Shown in pieces: positions 1 to 9,171 of a DNA stretch of 24,000 bases (positions are counted from its first letter, which is position 1; every line of letters begins with the position of its first letter). Where the stretch lies: contig NZ_PQWO01000011.1 in NCBI RefSeq assembly GCF_003231495.1, forward strand, positions 164,893 to 188,892. The letters are read 5' to 3'. Position numbers and translations under genes: made by a program. The notes under the pieces are model-generated. The model did no database searches. It saw only the letters and a program-made list of their open reading frames with translations, and was not told the origin of the DNA. This stretch comes from Acaryochloris thomasi RCC1774. GTDB lineage: Bacteria; Cyanobacteriota; Cyanobacteriia; Thermosynechococcales; Thermosynechococcaceae.

Positions 1-468
1 CTCAGTATTGATCGTCAGTGGCATATCCGGTTTATTGAGTTTATGCCCATTGGTAATGCGGAGCTATTTGGGGCCCGGGGCTGGGTACCGTCGGAGGAGA
101 TTCGCCAGCAAATCCGCAGTCGATGGGGGCTGGAGCCAGGTCATGTCAAGGGGAATGGTCCTGCAGATGTCTTTCAAATTCCCGGCGCACTGGGAACGCT
201 GGGGTTTATTAGCCAAATGTCGGAATGTTTTTGCGATCGCTGCAATCGAATGCGCCTCTCTGCTGATGGCTGGCTGCGTCCTTGCCTGCTCAATGAAACG
301 GGCCAGCTCAACCTGAAAACATTGCTACGGGCGGGGGAAGAGATGGGGGTTCTGCGAGATCGCGTCCGAGAGCTGCTGCTACTAAAGCCAGAGATCAATT
401 ACAAAGAGCGCGAGTCGGGGACAAGCAGCGCTGTCTATGGTCGCACCATGTCTCAGATTGGAGGTTGA
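1..468 (+). CDS. moaA: GTP 3',8-cyclase MoaA, C-terminal part (5' end outside the window)
   Basis: Frame 1 is open from base 1 ([19 protein letters not shown]...) and ends at TGA 466-468. It carries the MoaA C-terminal signatures FIEFMP and [19 protein letters not shown] (auxiliary Fe-S cluster cysteines). Confidence 0.85.
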   Translation, partial: LSIDRQWHIRFIEFMPIGNAELFGARGWVPSEEIRQQIRSRWGLEPGHVKGNGPADVFQIPGALGTLGFISQMSECFCDRCNRMRLSADGWLRPCLLNETGQLNLKTLLRAGEEMGVLRDRVRELLLLKPEINYKERESGTSSAVYGRTMSQIGG

Positions 469-529
469 TACGGGATTGGCAGTCGCGAAACATTCGTAAC
501 AACTCCTCCTAGCAAAGATCCTAGCTTCA

Positions 530-556
530 ATGTCAGTATTTAGCGATTTCTGACAT
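530..556. terminator. Inverted repeat between convergent moaA and the DUF1428 gene (possible bidirectional terminator)
   Basis: ATGTCAG (530-536) pairs perfectly with CTGACAT (550-556): 7 bp with a 13-nt loop. There is no strong U tract, so support is weak. Confidence 0.2.
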
Positions 557-573
557 CAAGACTAGGATTTAAT

Positions 574-924
574 TTAGAGATCGACAATCGTTTCAAAGCC
601 ACCAAAGATCATGCGTTTGCCATCAAAGGGCATCTCTTTCATATTTTGCATACGCGGATCAGCCATCGCCTTTTTATTACCTTTATCTCGTTCGGCACGA
701 GAAGGCCAGACAAGCCAAGAAAAGACGACGGTTTCATCCCCGCCACATTTGACCGCCAACGGGAATGACGTTAGCTCTCCATCGGGAACATCATCTCCCC
801 AACATTCAACGACTTTTAAGGCACCATATTTTCTGAAGATCGCACAAGCGTCTTCAGCAAACTTCTGATAGCTCTCGCGGCTTGCCGTGGGGACTGCCAG
901 AACAAATCCATCTACATAAGCCAT
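574..924 (-). CDS. DUF1428 family protein (YbaA-like)
   Basis: The sequence MAYVDGFVLAVP...VECWGDDVPDG...VVFSWLVWPS...MPFDGKRMIFGGF matches the DUF1428 pattern. The track ORF starts at TTG 945. ATG 924 is preceded by AAGGAG (revcomp of 931-936), and family members start MxYVDGF, so I place the start at 924. Confidence 0.8.
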   Translation of the reverse strand: MAYVDGFVLAVPTASRESYQKFAEDACAIFRKYGALKVVECWGDDVPDGELTSFPLAVKCGGDETVVFSWLVWPSRAERDKGNKKAMADPRMQNMKEMPFDGKRMIFGGFETIVDL

Positions 925-977
925 AAGGGTCTCCTTCTTACTCAAATCAGCGATATTGCAAGTCTGTCAGCCCTTCA

Positions 978-1424
978 TTAAGAGGCCATTGCAGCCATGT
1001 GTTTCTCAACTTCCTCCATAGGGATTTCTTTCACTTGGGTTGAGAAGGTCCAGCTATATCCGAAGGGATCACTGACGACAGCAGTGCGATCTCCCCAGAA
1101 CATATCCTCGGGTTCAGAAACGCTGGTCATTCCACCATCAACTGCATGGTCATAGGATTTATCTACATCGGGCACATACAGATAGAAAGCAACAGATGTA
1201 TTGCCCTCTGGTGCTTTTCGGGGTGAACCCTCAAACTCATCATTCATAAAGATCTTGGAGTCCCCAATAGAAGCAGAAGCGTGTATCACGCAACCTTGGG
1301 GCGATTCGAGCACACCATCAACTATCAGATTAAGGGTGCGCTTATAAAACTCGATAGCAGCCTTCGTATCCTTATAGGTGGCATTGGCCGTCAGCGCATG
1401 AAATCCCTCTGGTTTGTAATTCAT
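978..1424 (-). CDS. VOC / glyoxalase-bleomycin-resistance superfamily protein (PhnB/YjdN-like)
   Basis: Motifs AAIEFYKRTL, HASASIGDSKIFMNDE and MFWGDRTAVVSDPFGYSWTF are typical of the PhnB-like VOC family. A GAGG SD lies about 8 nt upstream of ATG 1424. Confidence 0.75.
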   Translation of the reverse strand: MNYKPEGFHALTANATYKDTKAAIEFYKRTLNLIVDGVLESPQGCVIHASASIGDSKIFMNDEFEGSPRKAPEGNTSVAFYLYVPDVDKSYDHAVDGGMTSVSEPEDMFWGDRTAVVSDPFGYSWTFSTQVKEIPMEEVEKHMAAMAS

Positions 1425-1538
1425 AGCCCATTACCTCTTAAATAGTATTTATGTACTATATTCTAGCAGGCCATCTTCTGCTGGCAGTGTGCTCTAAATC
1501 ACATGGTTTGTAACCAAAGGCAAAGACCGAACTGAACA

Positions 1539-3269
1539 TTAGTCCTTCTGCACTCTCACCAATTGGTAAGCGCCAACCTCCTGCAGCACTTGGAGGCGCT
1601 GAGGATCTAATTCAAGCGCTTCAATGCGGTGAGGATAAGCCACTAAAAGGACAGAGCGTTCAGACTGCTCCCAAGCGCCCTTGAGCCTCGCCTTAATCTG
1701 TCGAACCTTGTATAGATAGTCGACGGGCATCTGTGTATAAAAAACTAAGCTGGGTTTGAAGCCCGCCTGGATAATTGGCTCTCCGGTTTGATGTTCGCGT
1801 TTGATAGTCTCTGCAATTTGACGCAGCGGGAGCTGACGCTGACTGTCCATGATTTGCAGGGTGGGCAAAAAAGTAAGACTGAGAAACAACACCATTGCCA
1901 CGACGTTGATCCACCATAGACCGCGCAGGTTTCTCCAAAGAAGAACGAGGCTTGCGATCGCACCTCCGCCCCAAATCAAGCCGCCCCAGACCATGACGCC
2001 TGATTCCTGCACCATCCTCGGGAAGTCTGGCATTGACTGATCGTTGCCCAGCCAGCTAGAGCTGTAAAAGCAGGCTATTGATAGAGCGATCAGCAGTAAT
2101 AGGTGCGCTATGACACTCAGGATTATGCCCCAGCGCCTGCGAATAGGGCCGGAGATGCGATCGCTCAGTCCTCCCACCAAAATGGCCGCAGCGGGCATGA
2201 GTGGCAGCACATAGCTCGGCAGCTTCGTCACCGCGATGGTGAAGAAGATTAAAACCCCAAAAAACCAGTGCAGCGCAAAGAGACCTAACTGTTCTGTTCT
2301 CGGCTGCTGCCGCCAGCGTAGCGGTTGCCAAGCCTGCAGGCGTGTGATCCCCAAAGGGAGCCAAACGGACCAGGGCGCAAACCCTAAAAGCACGATGGCA
2401 AAGTAAAAATACCAAGGTGCAGCATGGTCATTGACGACGCTCGTGAATCGCTCCAGGTTGTGATAGCCGAAGAAAGACTCTAGATATGCTTGGCCATTCG
2501 CCCCGATTACAAGGACATACCAGGGCACCGTCAGCAGCAAAAATAAGCCACTTCCCAGCCGCAGCGGCAGTTCGCGCATCACCGACCGCAGCTGCCCTAG
2601 GTAGAGCAAGAACGAAAGAATGATCAAACTCGGTAGGACAACGCCTACTGGTCCCTTCGCTAAAACAGCTAGGGCATCCAAGATAAAAAAGGCTAGATAC
2701 CAGTGCTGCTGTTGCCTCCCCTGACACGCGTAGCCGATAAAAAAAGCTAGCAGGGCCATCCCTATACAGGCGGTTAGCAATAGATCTGAGACCCCCTGCC
2801 GGCCCCAGAGGATCAGCTCCGGCGTCAGGATGATCATGGCGGTACTCATCCAGGCTAGATAGGTAGGGTTCTTCTCTTTGAGGTTCGTTCCTGTGGAGGG
2901 TAGGCTAGGGCAGCCAAAGCGTTGCAGTGTATAAAAACTCAGGCTCACGAGAGCAAGGGCTGAGAGAGCCGAAGGAAGTCGAGCGGACCACTCATTCACG
3001 CCTAGCACCTGATAAGTAAGGGCCATTAGCCAATAGATGAGTGGCGGTTTATCGAAGCGCGTTTCACCGTTGAAGTATGGGGTGACCCAGTCTCCTGTTG
3101 CCTGCATTTGACGAGCGGCTTCCACAAACAGTGGCTCGGTTTCGTCAACGAGGCCAATGCTGCCCAACTGCCAGATAAAGGCAATGCCAAAGAGAACGGC
3201 TAAGCCCAGGATAGAAAGCCACTGGCGGCGCTGTTGTTCGCTGGTCGGGCGTGAATGACTCGATGACAT
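1539..3269 (-). CDS. Family 39/83 (ArnT/PMT-like) integral-membrane glycosyltransferase
   Basis: 576 aa with about 12 hydrophobic segments. The N-terminal loop motif ETRFDKPPLIYWLMA is characteristic of ArnT/PMT_2-type lipid-linked-sugar transferases. Confidence 0.8.
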   Translation of the reverse strand: MSSSHSRPTSEQQRRQWLSILGLAVLFGIAFIWQLGSIGLVDETEPLFVEAARQMQATGDWVTPYFNGETRFDKPPLIYWLMALTYQVLGVNEWSARLPSALSALALVSLSFYTLQRFGCPSLPSTGTNLKEKNPTYLAWMSTAMIILTPELILWGRQGVSDLLLTACIGMALLAFFIGYACQGRQQQHWYLAFFILDALAVLAKGPVGVVLPSLIILSFLLYLGQLRSVMRELPLRLGSGLFLLLTVPWYVLVIGANGQAYLESFFGYHNLERFTSVVNDHAAPWYFYFAIVLLGFAPWSVWLPLGITRLQAWQPLRWRQQPRTEQLGLFALHWFFGVLIFFTIAVTKLPSYVLPLMPAAAILVGGLSDRISGPIRRRWGIILSVIAHLLLLIALSIACFYSSSWLGNDQSMPDFPRMVQESGVMVWGGLIWGGGAIASLVLLWRNLRGLWWINVVAMVLFLSLTFLPTLQIMDSQRQLPLRQIAETIKREHQTGEPIIQAGFKPSLVFYTQMPVDYLYKVRQIKARLKGAWEQSERSVLLVAYPHRIEALELDPQRLQVLQEVGAYQLVRVQKD

Positions 3270-3342
3270 GCAGATCTCAGATGACGGCTGCCAGACTCTA
3301 CTGTAGCGGCAATCATCGGTTCTGAAATACGGTCCTTACTTC

Positions 3343-3609
3343 TCAGGAAGGGTCTAGAGGAGAACCGTCATGAAAGGAGCGCGATCGCATCTGTGCATAA
3401 AGCTGTCGATTAAGCTGTTGTCGAAATTCAAGGAACTTAGCTGAAGGCTGGTAGCTGCGTCCTTTGCTCTCGGCAATGCACTGGTCAAGCGCCTGAGTCA
3501 GTCTATCTAGCAGGGCTAGAGCATTCTGATCATCAATGGCCGTCTGGAGGTACAACACTGAGATCAAATTATCAATTTCTGTTTCGGTCAGGCCAATCCT
3601 GCAATTCAT
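3343..3609 (-). CDS. Hypothetical small protein (88 aa, helical, no recognised domain)
   Basis: Intact ORF with an ATG start. AGGAG lies 10 nt upstream (revcomp of 3620-3624). I recognise no family. Confidence 0.45.
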   Translation of the reverse strand: MNCRIGLTETEIDNLISVLYLQTAIDDQNALALLDRLTQALDQCIAESKGRSYQPSAKFLEFRQQLNRQLYAQMRSRSFHDGSPLDPS

Positions 3610-3957
3610 CTAAAAATTACTCCTGTGATGCGGTATTCCCCCCACATCGGTGGTTCAGCACGCAAAGTGTCGCCTGACCTCCCAATCATGAGAACCAGAT
3701 GCTGATTAAATCAAATTTCTTAATTGTGAAGTTACGGAGACGGCGAACATCTACCCCTGGATGTGCCGCTTTCCCCCAATGCTCCGTTTGTCCCAATAAA
3801 GACATAGACCCACTTTATTAAAGATAATTCATTGACTCTTAATCGTCGAGAGTGGTCAATAGAAAGGTGATGGTAATTAATGGAAAAAAGCTTGCAGCTA
3901 ATAGAAAATAAACCCTTGCCTGATTTTCGGCTATCAGCTCTTTGAGGACAATCTGCC

Positions 3958-4758
3958 ATGACCGAGCTAAGCAAAATTTTGCTGTATCCCATTAAGTCTC
4001 TAGATGGGATTGCGGTTACGCAAGCGACATTACTTCCTGGCGGTGCGCTACAGGGCGATCGTGAGTTGGCGATTGTTGATGCCAATCACCAACTGATTAA
4101 TGGCAAACGGAACGCTGATATTCACCGGTTGCGATCGCAATTCGACTTACCCCAGCGCTTAATCCATCTCAATATTCAGGGAGAGTCAAGTACCACCAGC
4201 TTCCATCTTGATCTGCAGCGGCCAGCTTTGGAGGCTTGGTTCAGCGATTATTTTGAGCAGCCGGTCCATCTGATGCAAAATCTGGAGACGGGGTTCCCGG
4301 ATGATCTAGAGTCAACGGGGCCAACATTTGTCAGCGTGGCAAGTTTAGAGACGGTGGCGAGTTGGTATTCCGACCTGAATGTTGAGGCGATCCGGCGGCG
4401 GTTTCGTACGAATCTAGAGCTGGATGCCGCCACAGCCTTTTGGGAAGATCGCTTATTTGGAGAGCCAAATGTGCCGCTGCCGTTTCGGGTGGGGGATGTC
4501 CAATTCTTGGGGATCAATCCCTGCCAGCGCTGCCCGGTACCGACGCGCGATCCTGATACAGGGGACGTCTACTCAGGGTTTCAGAAAACCTTTGTTGCTA
4601 AGCGCCGGGAGACGCTACCGGAGGGGGTGTTGCGATCGCGGTTTAATCACTTCTATAGACTGACGGTGAACACTCAGGTTCCGGCTTCAGAAGCGGGTAA
4701 GGTGCTGAGGGTCGGAGATGCCGTTGAAACCATAGCTGGACGGTATGATTTAAGCTGA
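3958..4758 (+). CDS. MOSC domain protein (MOSC_N beta-barrel + MOSC)
   Basis: The N-terminus LLYPIKSLDGIAV matches MOSC_N. The C-terminal part contains INPCQRCPVPTRDPDTG with the conserved MOSC cysteine. GAGGA lies 9 nt upstream of the ATG. Confidence 0.8.
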   Translation: MTELSKILLYPIKSLDGIAVTQATLLPGGALQGDRELAIVDANHQLINGKRNADIHRLRSQFDLPQRLIHLNIQGESSTTSFHLDLQRPALEAWFSDYFEQPVHLMQNLETGFPDDLESTGPTFVSVASLETVASWYSDLNVEAIRRRFRTNLELDAATAFWEDRLFGEPNVPLPFRVGDVQFLGINPCQRCPVPTRDPDTGDVYSGFQKTFVAKRRETLPEGVLRSRFNHFYRLTVNTQVPASEAGKVLRVGDAVETIAGRYDLS

Positions 4759-4781
4759 CGTTGTGCTTTTTGAGGTTAAGT

Positions 4782-6566
4782 GTGGCTATTACTGGTTCGC
4801 GCCTGCGGCGTTGGGTCTCGATGGGTTTGGCTTTTGTATTTGCGATCGCAACCAGCGGCTGCAGCCTAGAGAGCTTTAGAACCGAAGCGGCCCAGGTTCC
4901 TGAACTCGTCACCAGCGTTCTCAGCGGCCCAGCCACCTTTAACTATGCCCTGAGTCAAGAATCTCCGAATATTTTCACCTATACCTATGAAGGACTCGTC
5001 ACCAGCAACCCGATCACCGGAGATGTCGAACCTGCCCTCGCTGAATCCTGGGAGATTTCAGAAGACAAGCTCAAGATTGAATTTTTGCTGCGGCCCAATC
5101 TAAAGTGGTCAGACGGTCAGCCATTGACGGTAGACGACGTGGTCTTTACCTACAACGATATCTATCTCAACGAAGATATCCCCACCGATACCCGTGACGC
5201 CTTACGGATTGGGGAAAGTGGGGCTTTCCCTAATATTCGCAAGTTAGACGATCGCCGCGTTGAGTTCACAGTCCCTGAACCCTTTGCTCCTTTTCTACAA
5301 GCAACCGGCACGCCCATCCTGCCCGCCCATATCCTGCGGGAAACTGTGGAGAAAAAAGATTCTGCAGGGAAGCCTATTTTTAACTCGACGTGGAGTGTCG
5401 AAACGGCTCCAGAGAAGATCATTGTTAATGGTCCCTACAAGTTAGCCAACTACACTATTGATCAACGGGTCATTTACCGTCGCAACCCCTATTATTGGCG
5501 CTATCAAACCTCAGGTGCTTCTGATGGCAACATCGAGCGTATTGTCTGGCAGATTGTGGAATCGGCTGATGCTTCGCTATTACAGTTCCGCTCAGGAGGT
5601 CTCGATTCTGTAGGGGTCACGCCTGAGCAGTTTTCGCTGCTGAAACGAGAAGAAGAAGAAGGTAACTTTGAAATTTTGGAGGGCGGCCCAGCCCCTGGCA
5701 CCAACTTTGTTTTCTTCAACTTAAACACAGGTAAACGCAAAGGTCGGCCTTTAGTTGATCCTGTTAAATCAAAGTGGTTCAATAACGTGGCTTTTCGCCA
5801 AGCCGTTGCCTATGCCGTCAATCGGCAAAAGATGCTAACTAACACGTTTTTAGGATTAGGGAAAACGCAGAACTCACCGGTTTCCGTTCAGAGTCCTTTT
5901 TATCTGACGCCAGAGGAGGGACTAAAAACCTATGACTATGATCCCGAAAAAGCGAAGCAGCTGTTAACAGGAGCAGGCTTTCAGTACAAGGGCAACGAGC
6001 TGTACGACTCAGACGGGAATCGAGTCCAATTCGTGCTGAAAACAAATTCGGGGAATGCCACGCGAGAAGCACTAGGGGCACAGATCAAACAAGATCTAGC
6101 AGGCATTGGGATGCAGGTGGATTTTGCTCCGCTGGCGTTTGGTACGCTTGTGGACCAGCTTTCGTCTTCACTAGAGTGGGAGTGCGTTCTGCTGGGTTTG
6201 ACGGGGGGAACTGAACCTCACTTCGGTAAAAACGTCTGGGATCCAGACGGTGGTCTGCATATGTTCAATCAGGCCGCTGATGGTGTGGAGGGGCGGGTTG
6301 TCAATGACTGGGAACAAGAAATTGGTCAGCTCTATATTCAAGGTGCACGAGAGTTAGATGAGGCCAAGCGCAAAGAAATCTATTCTAAAACTCAGCAGAT
6401 TTCTCAGGAGCAACTGCCCCTCATTTATCTGATTAATCCTCTATCATTGAACGCGGTTCGCAACAAGTTTACCGGCATTCAGTATTCAGCCTTGGGCGGT
6501 GCATTCTGGAACATTCACGACATTTCTGCAGAGAATCCAGCAGAGCGTGCGGAAATCACTGAGTAG
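4782..6566 (+). CDS. ABC transporter substrate-binding protein, family 5 (peptide/nickel, OppA/DppA-like), probable lipoprotein
   Basis: About 590 aa with a family-5 SBP look (NPYYW, FVFFNLN, AFRQAVAYAVNR). The signal peptide RLRRWVSMGLAFVFAIATSGC has a lipobox-like TSGC. The track ORF starts at TTG 4761. GTG 4782 has GAGG (4772-4775) 6 nt upstream; ATG 4821 is another option. Confidence 0.8.
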   Translation: MAITGSRLRRWVSMGLAFVFAIATSGCSLESFRTEAAQVPELVTSVLSGPATFNYALSQESPNIFTYTYEGLVTSNPITGDVEPALAESWEISEDKLKIEFLLRPNLKWSDGQPLTVDDVVFTYNDIYLNEDIPTDTRDALRIGESGAFPNIRKLDDRRVEFTVPEPFAPFLQATGTPILPAHILRETVEKKDSAGKPIFNSTWSVETAPEKIIVNGPYKLANYTIDQRVIYRRNPYYWRYQTSGASDGNIERIVWQIVESADASLLQFRSGGLDSVGVTPEQFSLLKREEEEGNFEILEGGPAPGTNFVFFNLNTGKRKGRPLVDPVKSKWFNNVAFRQAVAYAVNRQKMLTNTFLGLGKTQNSPVSVQSPFYLTPEEGLKTYDYDPEKAKQLLTGAGFQYKGNELYDSDGNRVQFVLKTNSGNATREALGAQIKQDLAGIGMQVDFAPLAFGTLVDQLSSSLEWECVLLGLTGGTEPHFGKNVWDPDGGLHMFNQAADGVEGRVVNDWEQEIGQLYIQGARELDEAKRKEIYSKTQQISQEQLPLIYLINPLSLNAVRNKFTGIQYSALGGAFWNIHDISAENPAERAEITE

Positions 6567-6605
6567 AGTGACAGTTGTGGTAGCCGTTTTACACTTTTTA
6601 TATGG

Positions 6606-8033
6606 TCATTCAAAAATTTCATCTAATTTGTCTTCTAGCTTTTTGCGTTGTGAATCGCTGAGATCAAATCTGCAGAATTTTGTTACTCTCAGCAAGTCTT
6701 CAAAATGAGGTATTTCTCTCAATTCTGCAGAGAAGTCTGTCCATTGATTGCTCGACAAACTCAACTCTTTGAGGTTGACTAATTCTCCGAACATAGATGG
6801 AAAATGACTTATCTGATTGTCAGCAAGATCAAGTTTTTGCAGATTCACAAGCTGCCTAATTTCCACTGGCAGGCTACTTAATTGATTGCCGCAAAGCTCA
6901 AGCTCGTTTAGATTGGATAGCTGACTAATTTCCTCTGGTAGCCTGCTCAATCTATTATTCCAGAAGATAAGTTTTCTAAGCTGTTTGAGATTTCCAATCC
7001 CTTTCGGTAAATCACTTAGCTCATTTTCAGCAAGAGAAATTATTTGAAGTTGCGGTAAATTTAAAGTATTTTCTGGGAAAAAACTTAGTTTATTGTCAGA
7101 CAGATTAATCTCTTGTAGGTTTTCTAATTGCCCTACTTCTGTCGGTAGTTGACTGAGCTTATTGGCATAGAGAGAAAGTTCTTTGAGTTTGACTAATTGA
7201 CCAATCTCCTTAGGTAGGCGGCTCAGTCTGTTATCAGACAGTATAAGTTTTTCTAAATTTACTAACTGCCCGACTTGTTTTGGTAGTCTCCTCAGTTGAT
7301 TCCCTTTGAGGTTCATCTTCTGCAATTTTTTTGACTGCCCGACTTCTGAAGGGATGCGGCTCAGCTTATTGTTAGAAAAGTCTATCACTCTCAAGTTTAT
7401 AAGCTGCTCAATCCCCTCTGGAAAACTGCTCAGATGGCTATAAGTCACACTGAGGATTTGAAGATTTTTCAGTCGTGCGATTTCTTGAGGCAGGCGATCG
7501 ATCTGTGTTCTCTGAATGGAAAGTTCCTTTAAATTTGCTAATTGTCCAATCTCGGAAGGCAGAGCACTTAGATTCTTGCTGGAGATGACCAGCGTTTCTA
7601 GCTTTTCTAATCGTCCAATTTCTGTGGGCAAACCATTCAAATTATCAGCATGTAGAATCAGTGTTTTTAGATTCTTGAGCTGCCCGATTTCTGCTGGGAT
7701 GCTGCTCAGTTCGTCGTTGTGAATGCTGAAGGTCTTCAGATCTTTCAACTTCCCAATTTCTGAGGGAATTTTTCTAATAGGTAGGTTGCTCAAATTGAGT
7801 CGAGTTGCCTGTCTCTCGAGCGCTGTCTGAATCCGATCCTGCGCCTCTGTGTCAGCCAGGTCCGCTTGAGCATAATATTCTAGGTCTGCAGGATGCTCCC
7901 TAGTTTGATGGGGTAGGGATAATGCAGCATAATTTTGATGCCTAGGGCTACAGATGCCAGCCGTGATAGTCAACAGTGCCAACAGCACTTTGAGGTATTT
8001 TCGGTTGTGCAGAATCATCTGTAAGTAGCTCAT
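6606..8033 (-). CDS. Leucine-rich repeat protein (15 tandem 23-residue LRRs), N-terminal signal-like segment
   Basis: There are fifteen consecutive units of the form LxxLPxEIGQLxNLxxLxLxxNx, running from RKIPSEIGKLKDLKTFSIHNDEL to SHFPSMFGELVNLKELSLSSNQW. The N-terminus KYLKVLLALLTITAGICS is hydrophobic. The start is ambiguous: TTG 8069, ATG 8033 or ATG 8018. Confidence 0.85.
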   Translation of the reverse strand: MSYLQMILHNRKYLKVLLALLTITAGICSPRHQNYAALSLPHQTREHPADLEYYAQADLADTEAQDRIQTALERQATRLNLSNLPIRKIPSEIGKLKDLKTFSIHNDELSSIPAEIGQLKNLKTLILHADNLNGLPTEIGRLEKLETLVISSKNLSALPSEIGQLANLKELSIQRTQIDRLPQEIARLKNLQILSVTYSHLSSFPEGIEQLINLRVIDFSNNKLSRIPSEVGQSKKLQKMNLKGNQLRRLPKQVGQLVNLEKLILSDNRLSRLPKEIGQLVKLKELSLYANKLSQLPTEVGQLENLQEINLSDNKLSFFPENTLNLPQLQIISLAENELSDLPKGIGNLKQLRKLIFWNNRLSRLPEEISQLSNLNELELCGNQLSSLPVEIRQLVNLQKLDLADNQISHFPSMFGELVNLKELSLSSNQWTDFSAELREIPHFEDLLRVTKFCRFDLSDSQRKKLEDKLDEIFE

Positions 8034-8231
8034 TGTAAGGCTCGATCCGATTAAAGAGGTTCGGAACAATGACCACCCAGTTCCGCAAATCGGAACCCAC
8101 TATTTTCATAGAGCCGGTACTCAACTTGCCCCCTTTTGTAAGGATGCCCACAGAATAAACATTGCTGCCCAAGAGAATTGCGGCGGCAGTTAGTCAGAAG
8201 AATTCTACGATTTCTTTTTAGATGCTCGGGG

Positions 8232-8522
8232 TCAGTCGTCAGCCATGATTTTGGGCACTCGAAAAAAGTCGCCATCTTGCTCGGGTGCACCCGCTAGGAT
8301 GCGATCGCGTTCTTCACAGGTCTGCTGTTGATCAACACGCGTCACATTACTGACATCAATGGCCCGCGTCGTTGGCTCCACACCCTCTACATCCAGCTCG
8401 CTGAGCTGATCAAAATAATCCAGAATATCGCCAAGCTGAGTCGTAAACTGTGATTCCTCTGCAGCCGTCAGCTCTAGGCGGGCTAGATTGGCCACCTTCA
8501 GTACTTCTTCGCGTTCAATCAT
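8232..8522 (-). CDS. gatC: Asp-tRNA(Asn)/Glu-tRNA(Gln) amidotransferase subunit C
   Basis: 96 aa. [51 protein letters not shown] is the canonical GatC sequence pattern. Confidence 0.9.
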   Translation of the reverse strand: MIEREEVLKVANLARLELTAAEESQFTTQLGDILDYFDQLSELDVEGVEPTTRAIDVSNVTRVDQQQTCEERDRILAGAPEQDGDFFRVPKIMADD

Positions 8523-8544
8523 GTATAAAAACCATGTATAAAAA

Positions 8545-9063
8545 TTACTTGCTATCCAACGTTGCTCTTCCCGTTGTCTTCAGCCAATTTTGTGCTTCAG
8601 GATAGTTATTAGGCACTAAACGCACCGCCTTGACCCACAGATCAGCCGCGCGATCGTACATCTCTTCTGCCTCGTCAGTCTTACCCGCCTGCGTCGCCTC
8701 TTCCCCGCGTTGATGGAAGATTACCGCTGAGTTATTGAGTGCCTGAGGCATCTGAGGATTGAGATCTAACGCTTCGTCGTAGGTCTTCAGCGCCCTATCG
8801 TATTCTGCGTTGCTCGTATAAATAAGAGCCATATTGTATAAAACAAAGCTGCGATCGTAGGGATCTTCCTCTAGTTCTAGGGCTTCTTTGTAGTTATCGA
8901 GGGCTTCGGCATACTCGCCATCGGCCTGAGCTGACATGCCATCTCGGTAGTAGGCAAATGCTTCCTTTGCCTTGGGGTTCGTCGGCAATAGCTTCAGGAT
9001 AATGTCTGCAATGACGGTAAACGTCTTATCAACAAAGTTATCGTTGCGTTGGGTTCTAGGCAT
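8545..9063 (-). CDS. ycf3: Photosystem I assembly protein Ycf3 (TPR)
   Basis: [27 protein letters not shown]...[24 protein letters not shown]... matches the highly conserved Ycf3 N-terminus and three TPR units. Confidence 0.9.
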   Translation of the reverse strand: MPRTQRNDNFVDKTFTVIADIILKLLPTNPKAKEAFAYYRDGMSAQADGEYAEALDNYKEALELEEDPYDRSFVLYNMALIYTSNAEYDRALKTYDEALDLNPQMPQALNNSAVIFHQRGEEATQAGKTDEAEEMYDRAADLWVKAVRLVPNNYPEAQNWLKTTGRATLDSK

Positions 9064-9171
9064 AGTCGCTGAGCCGAGGTAGAGATGTCTAGATGATCAC
9101 AATGAACTGCGACCGAGTGCAAGCTTTAGTCTAACAGCTTTACTTTCAGCAAAGATTCTTTGCCCAAAGGC

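Noticed and set aside
3732-4085. 117-aa minus-strand ORF spanning the 3610-3957 intergenic region and the MOSC gene start.
   Set aside because: It overlaps the well-supported MOSC start and has an odd composition with no SD. I also saw no convincing RNA structure or repeat in that 348-bp intergenic region.
1-4758. Possible functional link between moaA (Moco synthesis) and the MOSC-domain gene 3.5 kb away.
   Set aside because: They are separated by four unrelated genes on the opposite strand, so there is no operon structure. The co-location is weak and probably coincidental.
6700-7800. Regular ~69-nt periodicity that could be mistaken for a tandem-repeat or CRISPR-like array.
   Set aside because: The periodicity lies entirely within one long ORF and corresponds to 23-codon LRR units of diverged sequence. 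There is no alternation of identical repeats with unique spacers.
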